Source: Longimicrobiales bacterium
GTDB taxonomy: Bacteria; Gemmatimonadota; Gemmatimonadetes; Longimicrobiales; Gaopeijiaceae
Reading direction: 5' to 3'
NCBI GenBank assembly: GCA_965226375.1
Contig: CBDDCX010000008.1
Span: forward strand, 1,152,001-1,216,000
Length of the DNA: 64,000 nucleotides
The notes below the pieces were generated by a model. That model was not told the origin of the DNA. It saw only the letters and a list, made by a program, of their open reading frames with translations, and ran no database searches. Positions 48,694 to 59,939 of this stretch are shown here, piece after piece (within the stretch, counting starts at the first letter, position 1; every line of letters starts with the position of its first letter). The translations under genes were made by a program, and so were the position numbers.

Positions 48694-48971
48694 GCTCAAA
48701 TCTCCCTCTCGAAAAAAAATATTCCGGACCGCAAAATTCGGTCCGGCACTATATGCGTCCAAGGACCACACGCCGCCGGCCCGTGGCCTGCTGCGTTGCG
48801 TCGCTGTCTCGCTCATCTGTTCGTTTCCCCCTTCGGCGCCATGGAGGTGTTGAGAAACTTGCGCTTCAGGAGCGACCAACGCCCCAAGTGGGAGGTCTGG
48901 ATCAACGGAGAGCGCGTTCGGGCCAGCGATACAGATCTCGTCTTGGTGATGACAAGAGAAAGGTGATCCCG

Positions 48972-49268
48972 ATGCGCTCGATTGCCCTAGTCGCTGCCCT
49001 TGCTCTTCCCCTCTTCAGTTGCGCCCCCTCCCCCGGACCCAACGGAGCGCTCCCCAGCGGGAGAATCACGCGGGCGGAGTTAGCAGAGCGCCCCACCATG
49101 TCGGCGCTCGAGGCACTTAAGGTCCTCGGACAATGGACACGCGACCAGATCCTGCGGTCGGAACTCTGGATCGACGGACTCCGCGTCGATTCCACCGGAG
49201 CCCTGCTCGCCCTTCAGAATATTCCCGCGAGCGACGTGGTCGAGATTACGCGTGATCGCCGTACGTGA
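48972..49268 (+). CDS. Small lipoprotein resembling a TonB-receptor plug domain
   Basis: Lipobox FSC, ITRAEL, WIDG, LQNIPASDVVEI. Confidence 0.55.
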   Translation: MRSIALVAALALPLFSCAPSPGPNGALPSGRITRAELAERPTMSALEALKVLGQWTRDQILRSELWIDGLRVDSTGALLALQNIPASDVVEITRDRRT

Positions 49269-49369
49269 TGGGGAAGATGCGGATCAACGTCACGACTCGG
49301 TGAAGCTATTCCACCACCACCCTAGTCACCGTCTCACTACAAAACGGCAGCGGCCACTCCCCAGGCTGA

Positions 49370-49964
49370 TCCGTCTCCACCTCGAACTCCTCATGCTCCT
49401 GCATCAGGCGCAGGAACCAATCGTGGGCTTCGCGAGCGGAGCGGATGCCGTAGTGGGGCGAGATTCTGAACGAGACGTATGTGGGTGCCATCAGCGTGTC
49501 TGGATACTCGCAGCGGATGGTGAGCCGAGGGGTGCGAAACCCCACCGGTGCCGAGGCCGTAGGGACGGTTTGACAAACCCGAACGGAGGGACCCACGGGT
49601 ATGGACGTTCTCATCCCTTTGCTGGCAGTATTCTCGATTTTCTTCATCCCCATTGCCAGCTTGATGCTCATCCTCACCACCAAGTTCGCCTTCAAACCGC
49701 TCGTGGAGACTCTGGCCAAGGCCCTCCGGGAATCCGGGCAGGGAGCCCAAGACACGCCCCACTGGGAGCTGCGAGAGTTGACCGCCAGGTTCTTGCTCTC
49801 ACGGAGGAGGTCAGGCAATTGAAGGAGGTCCAGGAATTCGACAAGAAGCTGCTGGGCTCGGAGGCGTCATCCGCCCGCTGACTATCGTCCTGAGATCGAT
49901 GACCGCCGTTACAGGCTGATCCCCGATCCGCGCTTCCGTCTCCACCTCGAACTCCTCATGCTCC
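49370..49964. repeat. 30-bp direct repeat (49370-49399 and 49935-49964)
   Basis: tccgtctccacctcgaactcctcatgctcc occurs twice. Confidence 0.9.
49601..49881 (+). pseudogene. Small TM/coiled-coil protein, 1-nt frameshift near 49758
   Basis: MDVLIPLL..KPLVETLA joins LTEEVRQLKEVQEFDKKLL in another frame. Confidence 0.6.
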
Positions 49965-50420
49965 AGCGCGATCATACCTTCTCATTGGCCATGCTGTGAC
50001 CATTCCTCCTCAGTGGGATCTTCAACCTTCCCGTTGATAAAGATCTTCAGCCTGGCATCGCATCGGTCACACTCAGAGTACGTCCAAGAGTCTGGATAAC
50101 GTTTGCCGTTCTCGTCCACGCAGGTTGCTCGAATCCAATTCCTCATTTGGAGTCGGCCACCGGAACAGCGTGGACATCTCTCGCGAAAAACTCGGATGAT
50201 TGATTTTCAATTCAATCTACTCTATGAGCCGAGGAGTGCGAGTCTGCGGCTGAACTGGCCCAAAGGAAGCTATGGCCATGCGCTCAAGCTATGGGTGATG
50301 CTGAGATTGGGCGATGGCTGGTTGGGACTACGACTCAGCGCCCGCTTGGGCCGAGGCGTTCGACCTCAATTAAGGGCTTGCCTACCGCGACTGCCAGCAA
50401 TCGGTTGTTGGACAGCGCAG

Positions 50421-51121
50421 TCAGCCCGCTTCGATGAGCCCCAGAATCCTCTCAAGCCGCGCCTCCACCATGTCGACATCGAGCAAGAGGAATTGGAGCC
50501 CGTAGATCCTCTGCGCGAGCAGTTCTTGGAAGGCCGGATCACCGAGAAGGCAGCGAGATTCGGCGGCTCGGGGACGTTATCGCCGCCGCCGAGCCACCCT
50601 GAGGCCCCCAGCGCGTCCAACCAAACCCCCCCCTCGGCGAGGTACGGCCATATGCGGTCAAAATAGAAGCTCGTCGTCCACTCTTCGTTCGTAGCCAAGT
50701 CCTCCACATTGCTCGGCCACTCTGAGAGGGCCGCGCGGAGACTGTCACTCTGGAGAATCCCGAGTCTTCCGGAAGCGATCAGTGAGTTCAGGGTCCCGAG
50801 TACTGGGTCGTACGACTGGAGGGTGGGGAAATCTAAGAGAAGCTCAGTGGTCGATCTCGTGCTGTTCGGGACTCCGAGTCGACCGCTCAGCGCGAGGAAC
50901 TCGCGGCTGGCGGAAAGACTTCGGAGATTGTTTGCTCTAATCGCGACCAGTTCCGAGGAGTTCGACTTGAACTCTTCGAGCAACTGAGCCAGGGCCTCTA
51001 TCTCCTCGGCCCGCTCCTGCCGCTCGTCCCACCAAGCCTGAAGCCCAAACGCCATTAGGATCGAGCCGACGATCACCACGCCTTCCACGAAGACGCGCAG
51101 CCAAGGGACCTGACGGTTCAA
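50421..51121 (-). pseudogene. Hypothetical protein, frameshift near 50550
   Basis: TTG start overlaps the kinase stop; FVEGVVIVGSILMAFGLQAWW, LIASGRL; C-terminus resumes in another frame as LLGDPAFQELL..LIEAG*. Confidence 0.65.
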
Positions 51122-53845
51122 TTCCCCATCCGCTGGCGAAGCTCCTCGAACCAGTTCACGACGACGAGGAATCGCTCGGGGTTGGCTGTGCCGTCCGTCT
51201 GACCTTCCGCCGACGTGGAGGTGATGTCTTGTGTCACAACCATCCGGTCTCCGTCGGGGTGGAGCGCCCAATCACCTGGTTGGTATGGTCCCTGAAGGAT
51301 TGAGTCCGTGGCCGTCACCACGAACGGCGGTCCCCTCTGAACTCGGGCAGCCATGAGGCTGATGACGGAGCCCGACGGACCCGCCGTCCAGTAGTAGATC
51401 GTGTTTCCATCGGGGGACCAGAACGGAAATCGCCCTCCGCCTTGAGAGACCCTCTCCCGGGCACCCGCTTCGGGGAAGCTCCGCACGTAGACCTCCGACC
51501 CCAGGGAAATTGCCGAGACGTAGGCGGCAAGATCCCCGGACGGCGAGACCCGCATGGAGATGAGCCGGCCCAAGCCTGAGAGGTATTCCCTCGCCACTGC
51601 GCTGTCCGACGATGGATCCACGATCCAGAGACCAGGTGGGCTCCCATTCTCGAAGATCAGAACATCATCGGAGGGCCAGTGGGTTGGGTACTGTGCGCCT
51701 GGCAGCGTCAGGATCGCCTCCGGCGGCGAGTTGTCGTTGACGTTCTTCATGAACAGGTCGGCACCGTCCGTACCGTTGCGTGTCGAGCGAAACGCGACAC
51801 GCTCGCCATCCGGTGACCAGCCGGGCCGGTTATTCACCCCTTCAAAGGTGAGCTTCCTCGGGGTCGTGCCCAGCGCCACGTCGTAGGTGAAGATGTCGCG
51901 GTCCTGATCCCCCGCCTCGATGCCGGTGTAGACGACCGTCCCTCCGTCGGGAGACCAGCGGTGGTGGTGAGGGAAACTGCGTGGGGTCAAGGGCGGCTCT
52001 TGCGCGTCGTCGCCCTCCAGATCCACGACCATGAGCCTCCTCTGACCAATCCCGCCCCCCCCCAAAACCACGTCCGCCCGCCCCGTAGACCAGCGTTCCA
52101 TTGCGGGAGACCGAGTAGCGAGCATGGACGCCTCTGAAGACGGAGAGGTCGTCGAAGATAGGGACAGCGCCACCGACCACCTCGAGACGGCTGGTGTCGA
52201 AGGGCAACGCCCAGAGTCCACCGGATGCGTCGGCGTACAGGATGTGACCCGTCTCCACGTACTTCGGATCGAGTCCGCCAGGAGCCAACTCTCGAACCGA
52301 ATCCGTCTCCAAATCGAGAAGCATGACCCCGCCACTGATACGCTCGGCACCGATCACCGCCTTGCCACCCGGAAGCAGCGAGGGATGGCGGAATAGCTGA
52401 GCCTGCTCGTGAAGAAGCACTGGCTGACCGCCGGTGTCGGGCACCCGGTACAGTCCATCCGGCAAGCTGAGGAACACGATCGTGCCATCGTCCCCCCAGT
52501 GCGGCTCCGATGGGGTCAAATCACCCGACGGAACGACCGGGGTGGGAGCACCCCCTGCGAGGGAGACCTTCAACAGCGTTCGCGTAGCCGCGTTGGCGTA
52601 GACAATCCACTCCCCGTCGGGAGAAAACGCCGCGCGATCGGCGTTCTCGGTTCCGGGAATGAGTCGGAAACTCTCTTCGGCGGCGTCGCGCCAATAGATA
52701 GACAGCGGACCGTTCACGGTCCCCTCGACGGCGAAGCGTGATCCGTCCGGGGAAACGAGGATGTCTGCATCCTCGAGGATTGTGATCTCCCCGAGGGCGA
52801 TGGGCAGCCGGGTCGGGGCATCCGGGGCGAAAGCGGGCGGCGGCTTGAGCCAACCCCAGGCCGCGAGAGTTGTCATAGTCGCGCCGACGAGCACCGAGGC
52901 TACGAATCGACCGTCCCGATGCCATGGTTTAGCCGTTGAGACCGGGACCAGTGGCTCTGCCGGTGTAGCCGCAGTGGATGTCCGCGTCCGAGCCCGATAC
53001 GTGAAGCTCTCATCCCCGAGTGCCGTCGCGAACTCAGCCGCGCTCGTGAAGCGGTCGGCGGGCAGCTTCTCCAGAGCCCTCGCGAGTGCATGGCCGACGT
53101 TTGGAGGCACGGTCCTGCGCTCGCTCGTGATCGACGGTGCGTCCGCCGTGAGAATCCTGACCAGCACCGCTTGAGCGGTGGTTGCCGAGAAGGGCGGCTG
53201 CCCGGCGAGCATCTCGTACAGCACACAGCCCAATGCGTACACATCGGAGCGCGGGTCTACGTCCCGGTCGCCAGTGGCCTGTTCGGGACTCATGTAGTGG
53301 GGCGTGCCGAGACTGAGTCCGGTCTCCGTGATCCGCCCACCACCCGCTTGCGCTACGGCGAGCGCGATGCCGAAGTCGGCGACGAGCGGTTCACCCTGAG
53401 CACTCAACAGGATGTTGCCCGGCTTGATGTCGCGATGGACCACGCCGTTCCCGTGCGCATAGTCGAGTGCACCCGCGACCTTCTGCGTGATCGCCAGTGC
53501 GTCGTCCACACCGAGTTGCTTCTCACGGTCGATGCGCTCCCTGAGTGATTCCCCTTGGACATGGGGCATGACGTAGAACAGGAAGCTGTCGGCCTCCCCC
53601 GAATCGAAGAGCGGGAGGATGTGCGGGTGCTGAAGGTTGGCGGTGGTCTTGATCTCAGCGAGAAACCGCTCGGCCCCTACGACCGCCGCCAACTCAGGCT
53701 TCAGAACCTTCAGAGCGACCTTGCGCTCGTGCTTCAGATCGTCGGCCAGGTACACCGTAGCCATCCCGCCTTCACCGAGTTCACGCTCAATGGCGTAGCG
53801 GCCTTCTAATGCTGCGTTCAGGCGGGTGACTGAATCGGACATCAA
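51118..53845 (-). pseudogene. Ser/Thr protein kinase with PD40 beta-propeller, frameshifted at a G9 tract
   Basis: LGEGGMATV, VALK, HRDIKPGN, DFG, GTPHYMSPEQ; SPDG repeats; ends VVVNWFEEL; frame changes at 52055-52063. Confidence 0.9.
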
Positions 53846-54955
53846 CTCCCCGTCCGCTGGCGAAGCTCCTCGAACCAGTTCACGACCACTTCGAGGCGTA
53901 TCACAGGTCGACCTCCTCCCTCCGTGAGTTGTGCGCCCGGCTGGCTCACGAACAGGAAGGGCTCATCGTCCGCGCGCACATCCCAGTTCGTCCGTGGGTA
54001 GGTACCTGGGCTCTGGGTCCAAGCACCCTGGAAGATCTCCTGGGGCGTGTCCACCGAGAATACAGCACCTGATGTGATCGACGCCCTCATCACGCTGCTG
54101 CCGTTGCGGTAGTAGATCGCTGACGCGTCGGGTGCCCACACGGGCTCGGTCCCACCGCCGACGGAAACACGCACACGATCCTCAGCACCCGGGAACGAGC
54201 GGACGTAGACCTCCGGGACGCCGAACTCGTCGGCCACGTAAGCGGCCCTCACGCCGTCCGGGGAGATGGTCGCCATCACCTCGTTCCAGTCGGCGCGGAG
54301 GTAGTCCGTGAAGCCCACGCTGTCACCGTCCTGGCTCATGATGACCAGGTCCCAACCACGATCCGTGGTTTGCTCCATCACGAGGACCTGCGTCCCGTCG
54401 AGCGACATGGACAGTGGAAGGTTCAGCCGATCGCGTCGGTAAAGCCGCTCGGCCTCCTCTGACCCGTCGGCAAGCCGCCGAAACCCGTTCTCCGAAACAT
54501 TGTCACGGAAATAGACATACCGGCCATCTCTGGACCACCAGGGAAGGCGCCCGTCGGCCCCCACAAGGGGACGGTTCTCGCCGGTATCGAGGTCGTACAC
54601 CAAGATGCCGATATTCGTCGCCATGTAGGCGATCCGCCGACCGTCGGGTGAGAAGCGCGGATGCTGGAACCTCTGGCCTCCGACCGCCAGAGCCGTCTCC
54701 ACACCGCCCACATCTACCGTGACAAGGTGCTCTGATGCACCGCCAACGATACCGCCCGTCGGAAGTCCGTACACCGCAGTGCCCGTCTCTGAGACGGCGA
54801 ACTGCGTGGCACCGCCGGAGAAGACCAAGACCTCGGGCAGGACCGTTGCCGGCTCGCCGGTCGTGCGGTGGGTGTTGAGATCAAACGGGACGGCCATCAA
54901 CGCCTGAGCGGCGCCGTGCCCGTACACCACATGCCCTGTGGATATGTATGGGGGG
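53842..54955 (-). pseudogene. C-terminal propeller half of a second kinase-PD40 gene (5' truncated)
   Basis: YISTGHVVY.., PRFSPDG, EVYVRSFP, VVVNWFEELRQR; paralogous to 51118-52350. Confidence 0.85.
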
Positions 54956-54957
54956 TT

Positions 54958-55428
54958 ATGGTCTGGAAACCTTCTCCGCTACAGTACATTGTGGCCTCCG
55001 TGTCGTTCGGAGGCCTGTTCTTAACCTTTGCGCTGGAGATTCTGGTGCTTGAGGGGTGGCCTTGGTATGTCCACGGAGGCCTAAGCCTCGGGTTCTTTGC
55101 GCTAGCAGGCATACTAACCGTCATCGACAGGCGGCGTGAGGGGCGCCGCGAGGCCGCCGAGTTAGCGGCTCCCTTTATGTCCATCATACGGGAAGCGACC
55201 GAAGGTCTACAAGCGGAGCAGGACAAGCTCGAGAACATTGGTGCAGATACCCGCCACGACCTCGACGCCATGATACGCGAGGGCGAAGAGCGGGAACGAG
55301 CGCTGATCGAGAAACACAAGATCCGCTTCGTTGACGACGATGACTACGAAAGGTTGTTGCGTGATATGCGCACAGGGCGCGAGTTGTCCCCAGAAGAACT
55401 GAAGCACCACCTGGACCTAGATGACTAG
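54958..55428 (+). CDS. Hypothetical two-TM plus coiled-coil protein
   Basis: Two hydrophobic segments then a charged helix. Confidence 0.55.
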   Translation: MVWKPSPLQYIVASVSFGGLFLTFALEILVLEGWPWYVHGGLSLGFFALAGILTVIDRRREGRREAAELAAPFMSIIREATEGLQAEQDKLENIGADTRHDLDAMIREGEERERALIEKHKIRFVDDDDYERLLRDMRTGRELSPEELKHHLDLDD

Positions 55429-55476
55429 TCACGACGAGTATCATGAGCCCCAACGACCATGACTTAGAGGTACGCC

Positions 55477-55791
55477 ATGACTGATGCTGAAAGGAAGGAA
55501 GCCCTCGGGGACCTTGCCGAGCAATACTCCAACAACGAACGGACAATCGCGGCCCTACGGAGCCGGATAAAGAACCAGGCCGATACTCTGCACGCATTGG
55601 TGTTGGGTGTCCACGAATATCTGCATACAAGGAAGCCGGAGGCGGCGTTGGACCATTTCCGCCTAGGGCCACCGGACTTACCCCAGATTCCCAAAGACAT
55701 CGCAGATCTCGAAGAGGCCCTCAAATCCAAAGCCTCAATGGAATCTGAGTTGAACCGAGCAGGACTCAGCAACCTCATCCATCCGCTCTAA
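55477..55791 (+). CDS. Hypothetical coiled-coil protein
   Basis: RBS AGAGGT, 104 aa. Confidence 0.6.
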   Translation: MTDAERKEALGDLAEQYSNNERTIAALRSRIKNQADTLHALVLGVHEYLHTRKPEAALDHFRLGPPDLPQIPKDIADLEEALKSKASMESELNRAGLSNLIHPL

Positions 55792-55839
55792 GGGTTTTGG
55801 TTACGAATGAAATTAGACCCAACCCCTTTCGACAAACGG

Positions 55840-56724
55840 CTAGGCCACAAGCTCACGGTAGGTGAGCGGGTCGGTGTTCACGATGCGAGCCAGCGTGTCG
55901 CGGAAGATGTGCGGGTTGTCGCGGTTGTTGTAGCGCCACTCCAGTTCTTCCAGGTAGCGGTCCATGTGCTTGGCGCTCATCTTGTGGAAAGAGCCGACGA
56001 TGGAGCGCTTGAACAAGCTCCACACGCCCTCGATCGAGTTGGTGTGGACGTCGCCGACCACCCATTCCTCGGCAGAGTGATTGACGGTCTCATGGCGGGT
56101 GTCGTCGTCGCCGATCCCGATGTAAGACTTGAGATCATCGGTGTAGATCGCTTCGGCTTCGTCTCTAACGGCTCTGGCGATGAAGGCATGAAGGGTCTTC
56201 CGCGTCACCTCAGGGATGCGCTCGATACGGACGTTTCCCCCTCGCTGGATGGCCCCGGCCACCCAATGCTTGTTCCCCTTGTAGGCACGGCCCTTGCCCT
56301 TGGCTTTGCCGCCGACCAGAGTTTCATCCACTTCGACGACGCCGATCAAGGTGGGGCCGGACAGCGGATCGTTGCCCATCGCCTCGCGGATGCGGTGGCA
56401 GAGGTACCACGCCGTCCGGTAGGCCACGCCGATTGTCCGGTGCAATTGGTGGGCGCTCATGCCTTTCTTGGACTGGCAGAGCAGGTAGATGGCAGCGAAC
56501 CACTTGCGGAGCGGCAGGTGCGAATCGTGCATGATGGTACCGGACTTGACGCTGAAGTGGTAGCCGCATCCGATGCAGTGCCACTGGCCCCTGCCTTTGA
56601 TCGGGCTCACGTCCATATCGCCGCACCGGGTGCACGCGACACCACTGGGCCAACGCAGCGCCTCAAGGTGCTTACGGCAGGTGTCCTCGTTAGCGAAACG
56701 ATCCAGTAGGGAGACGATGTCCAT
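55840..56724 (-). CDS. IS1595-family transposase (distinct from copies A-C)
   Basis: LRWP..CxxC..CxxC, VEVDET, IYTD, VNHS, HTNSIEGVWSLFKR, YLEELEWRYN. Confidence 0.95.
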   Translation of the reverse strand: MDIVSLLDRFANEDTCRKHLEALRWPSGVACTRCGDMDVSPIKGRGQWHCIGCGYHFSVKSGTIMHDSHLPLRKWFAAIYLLCQSKKGMSAHQLHRTIGVAYRTAWYLCHRIREAMGNDPLSGPTLIGVVEVDETLVGGKAKGKGRAYKGNKHWVAGAIQRGGNVRIERIPEVTRKTLHAFIARAVRDEAEAIYTDDLKSYIGIGDDDTRHETVNHSAEEWVVGDVHTNSIEGVWSLFKRSIVGSFHKMSAKHMDRYLEELEWRYNNRDNPHIFRDTLARIVNTDPLTYRELVA

Positions 56725-56920
56725 GAATCAAACTCCTAAGAAAAAGCAGAAGCTTCCGAAGGTGGATATGGATGACGTGAAGATAGCCGAAAAGGTCTTC
56801 GGCAAACGGCTGAAAAAAGAGCTAGACCGGGTGGCCGAAACCGCTGTCAGGAAAGGTGTTAGGGATTCCATACATGAATAGTAACACCCCTACCCAATTG
56901 CGTCAAGTGCAGAATAACCA

Positions 56921-57202
56921 AAGGTCCGGAAACGATCAGAGACGGTAAAAGTCTATGTACGCCGCCGGGCTAACGGCGTCTGTGAGGGATGCGCCTCACT
57001 GGCCCCGTTCAAGGATCGAAACGGGCGCCCATACCTGGAGGCGCATCACATCTACCAGCGAGCGGACGAGGGACCGGACGACCCCGATTCTGTCCTCGCC
57101 CTATGCCCGAATTGCCATAGGCGAGTCCATTCAGGCGAGGATGGGGATCAGTTCAACCGCCAACTTGCGGCTCAAATGATGGCGGGGTCCGATCGGACCT
57201 GA
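56921..57202 (+). pseudogene. C-terminal remnant of an McrA-like HNH endonuclease (not in ORF track)
   Basis: RANGVCEGC..APF...GRPYLEAHH...EGPD....LALCPNCHRRVH; begins right after the IS end, no start codon. Confidence 0.85.
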
Positions 57203-57348
57203 GCCCTCTGTCGACCAGAGAGCAACATCACCGAACCCTCACCCCGAATCACTCTCTGCCGTGCACGCACCGTGCACGCGCCCTAACCCGTCACCCTCCA
57301 AGCCAATCGACTTGTCCGCTAATACCTTGTGGTAGTCAACCTTACAAG

Positions 57349-57422
<74 letters not shown>

Positions 57423-57531
57423 AAGTTGTTGTATTGTAATATTTTATGACGTTACTCGGTTCGTGCCAATGTCGGAACTGTGCCAAAAACTGGTGCGCTC
57501 TCTGCTTTGCGTGGTCATTCTAGCACGATGA

Positions 57532-57813
57532 CGCTTCCGGCATACGTACTGCTCGGCACGCCTCCAGACGGTGAATAGGATTCTGAAGCCCGGTAGAGAG
57601 CCCAACGACCCTGATGGGTGGGAGTAGGTCGAGGTGGCGAGATTCCAGGTGCAGAAGGAAATGGGCCACGGAGGCGGCCAACTCGTGGACCGGATCTACG
57701 GCCATGCCCAGGGAAACCCGTACCGGTCGGACGTGGTGGAATACCGCGTCGAGAAGCACCGGGAGGTACTCGGAGATCGACTCCGGTCCCTCGCCGCCAA
57801 TCAGAGCGGGTAG
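57532..57813 (+). pseudogene. C-terminal remnant of a tyrosine integrase
   Basis: RFRHTYCSARL...EMGHGG..LVDRIYGH; internal TAG at 57625. Confidence 0.8.
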
Positions 57814-57907
57814 GCAGGGCCTTTGGGCCATCAGTCTTTGGCACAGTCCTGCTACGGATCCTGTAGCTAGGCGGCGGAACGGTTGCCTCAGACGCCCTTG
57901 CGCCACC

Positions 57908-57939
57908 GTTCGAACCTGTGACCTCCTGGGTGCAAAGCG
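57908..57939 (-). other. tRNA-Ala(TGC) fragment, probable att remnant
   Basis: CGCTTTGCACCCAGGAGGTCACAGGTTCGAAC covers anticodon loop to T-loop only. Confidence 0.6.
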
Positions 57940-57997
57940 TGAGTGTCCAACCCCGGTTTTCGCAAGGTTCGAGTATTTTCAAGGGTTTCTGCACTAA

Positions 57998-59062
57998 GGG
58001 GGTATTCCCTTAAGTCCACCGACCCCAAGATATAGTGGTTACCGGGGCTCTGCGGGCCGTTTCCCACGTCCGGTGCCGAGGTAAAGGGCCGAAGCTGGCG
58101 TGGGAGCACACTGAACAGCCTGCTCAAGCAAGCGGTAGAACAACAGGCCGCGAGCCCGGGATGTGCGTCGGTTGAAGCGAAAGGTGAACTCGTCCAGATA
58201 GTAGGGGAGGTGTTCGCGGGCGATCCCTCCTTGGAGGGTTCCGAGGACCCAGCGCTTGAGGAGAGACGCCACCCGATGTACGGCCGACATGAGCACGTGA
58301 GCGGGATCGCCGGAGGTCGAGAGGTTCGTGACCGTGTGGCGAAAGCCCAGTTTGGCGAGTCCCTGATAGCTTGGCCATCCGTCGGTATGCACCGTGCTTG
58401 CCGGTGCGATGCTATCCTTGACGAAGCCTCGCAGAACCGGAGCGGAGAGGTCGGGCACCCAACGCAGCCGTATTCTCCCGATCTTGCGTCCGTCGACCTC
58501 GGCGGCGATCGCGACGATGGCCTTCTTGATCGTCTCGCGGCCCCGCACTCCAGCCTCCACGCCCCCGACATAGCTCTCGTCCACTTGCACAACGCCGCTC
58601 AGCTGGTCGCGATCCGGTCGGACCATGGCCCGGCGGAGCTTGTGGAGCCAGACCCACGCTGTCTTGTAGCTTCCCAGTCCGAGCACGCGCTGGAGCCCGA
58701 GAGCATTGGCTCCGTATTTCTGGCTCGTGAGCTCCCAGGCAGCGAGAAACCACAGACGCAGGGGCGAGCGCGTGCGGTGGAACACGGTTCCCGCCAGCAC
58801 CGAGGTCTGCCTTCGACAGTGTGGGCAGACGAGACGCCCCCGCGATGCTCGCCAGACCTCTCCCAACCCGCCACAGCCCACGCACACAAACCCTTCCGGC
58901 CAGCGCAGACCCTCCACGTACTCCAGGCATGCCGCATCGTCGGGGAAGAACTCGTCCAACTCCAGCCGCGTACGGGGATAGTCCACGCCGCCACGGAGCT
59001 GAGAAGCCGGAACCGCCATGACCACAACATGTAGTGGGCGGTGGACTTAAGGCAATACCCCA
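57998..59062 (-). mobile_element. IS1595-family element, copy C
   Basis: 1065 bp, same IRs as copy B; flanks do not match each other. Confidence 0.95.
58039..59025 (-). CDS. IS1595-family transposase
   Basis: Protein identical to copies A and B. Confidence 0.95.
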   Translation of the reverse strand: MVMAVPASQLRGGVDYPRTRLELDEFFPDDAACLEYVEGLRWPEGFVCVGCGGLGEVWRASRGRLVCPHCRRQTSVLAGTVFHRTRSPLRLWFLAAWELTSQKYGANALGLQRVLGLGSYKTAWVWLHKLRRAMVRPDRDQLSGVVQVDESYVGGVEAGVRGRETIKKAIVAIAAEVDGRKIGRIRLRWVPDLSAPVLRGFVKDSIAPASTVHTDGWPSYQGLAKLGFRHTVTNLSTSGDPAHVLMSAVHRVASLLKRWVLGTLQGGIAREHLPYYLDEFTFRFNRRTSRARGLLFYRLLEQAVQCAPTPASALYLGTGRGKRPAEPR

Positions 59063-59591
59063 TAGCACGAAAATGGATAACAACCCCTGCCTGTGTGACG
59101 GGCTTCTTTTTTACGTGGTTGATTCCCAAGCCTACATCGCCTAAGGTGTCTTCACCCGAGGCATCTTCAAAACCGAGCGTAACAGGGGCATCGGGGTCAC
59201 CCGCCATAAAGCCTTTGCCCCCAAAACAAGACTGGAATTCGGTGTTCCTTTGGGGAAGAGTGTGGTCGAAAAGGATGCCGTTTTCGATTGTTACTTCCCC
59301 AAAGCGACCAACATGAATGCCGTTGCTCGTGATCCTTTCCTCGGGGCTTACTCCATCTCCCGTCATATCGCCGAAAAACTCTATTAGGTACTCACCCTTG
59401 GTTCCGCCGTTATCACCGCCACCCCCACCGCCACCCCCACACGGTGGGCTCTCGCACTTCTTCGCAAACTGCGGCTTCAGTCCATCCACCCCCACCGGAC
59501 CCGATCCCTGATCCTGACAGCCGAGGAGGCATACGGCGGTTAGGAGGGCGAGGGATACCCTCGTGAAATGTGCGCTCATGCGTTCCTCCAT
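59063..59591 (-). pseudogene. Lipoprotein gene truncated by IS1595 copy C
   Basis: Lipobox LLGC and Gly tract; the ORF runs into the IS end. Confidence 0.7.
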
Positions 59592-59939
59592 CGATTAGTG
59601 CCGCGCTTGTCGCGACGTCAGATTGGCGGGTCGGCTAATGTGACTGGAAGTGACGTATCACCGATGACGACGCTCTCAGGCACGGGGCCGCTCCTCCAGC
59701 ATTCTGAAGGCCACAATAAACGAGACCCGGGATTCCTCGGTGATTTTCCGGTGATTTTCGTGCCCATCGTGGGCGCAGCCTCTCGCCCAGCGTTACTTGC
59801 CTGGTGCTTTCCCAGCGGGCATTCTCTCACCGAGGGGTGCAGGTTAGCTACAAGACTGTTGGGAGCGCTTTGTTAACGCGCGTGGGATTCAAGCGAGCTG
59901 ACTCGTGTGTCACTTGCGAGCCGATTGAGGTGCCCGCCA

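Larger units (their letters stand above)
54954..56919 (-). mobile_element. Second IS1595-family element, possibly with passenger genes (left end uncertain)
   Basis: Right end GTCAAGTGCAGAATAACC; a weak GGTTAT left end coincides with the kinase truncation; no target duplication. Confidence 0.5.

Noticed and set aside
55807..56709. 300-aa ORF antisense to the IS1595 transposase, and similar long antisense ORFs (2340-3164, 16942-17964, 29357-30490, 30518-31894)
   Set aside because: Shadow frames expected from high-GC codon bias, with no recognisable motifs
58599..59591. 330-aa ORF as a genuine fusion protein
   Set aside because: Read-through of a truncated lipoprotein gene into a non-transposase frame of the IS
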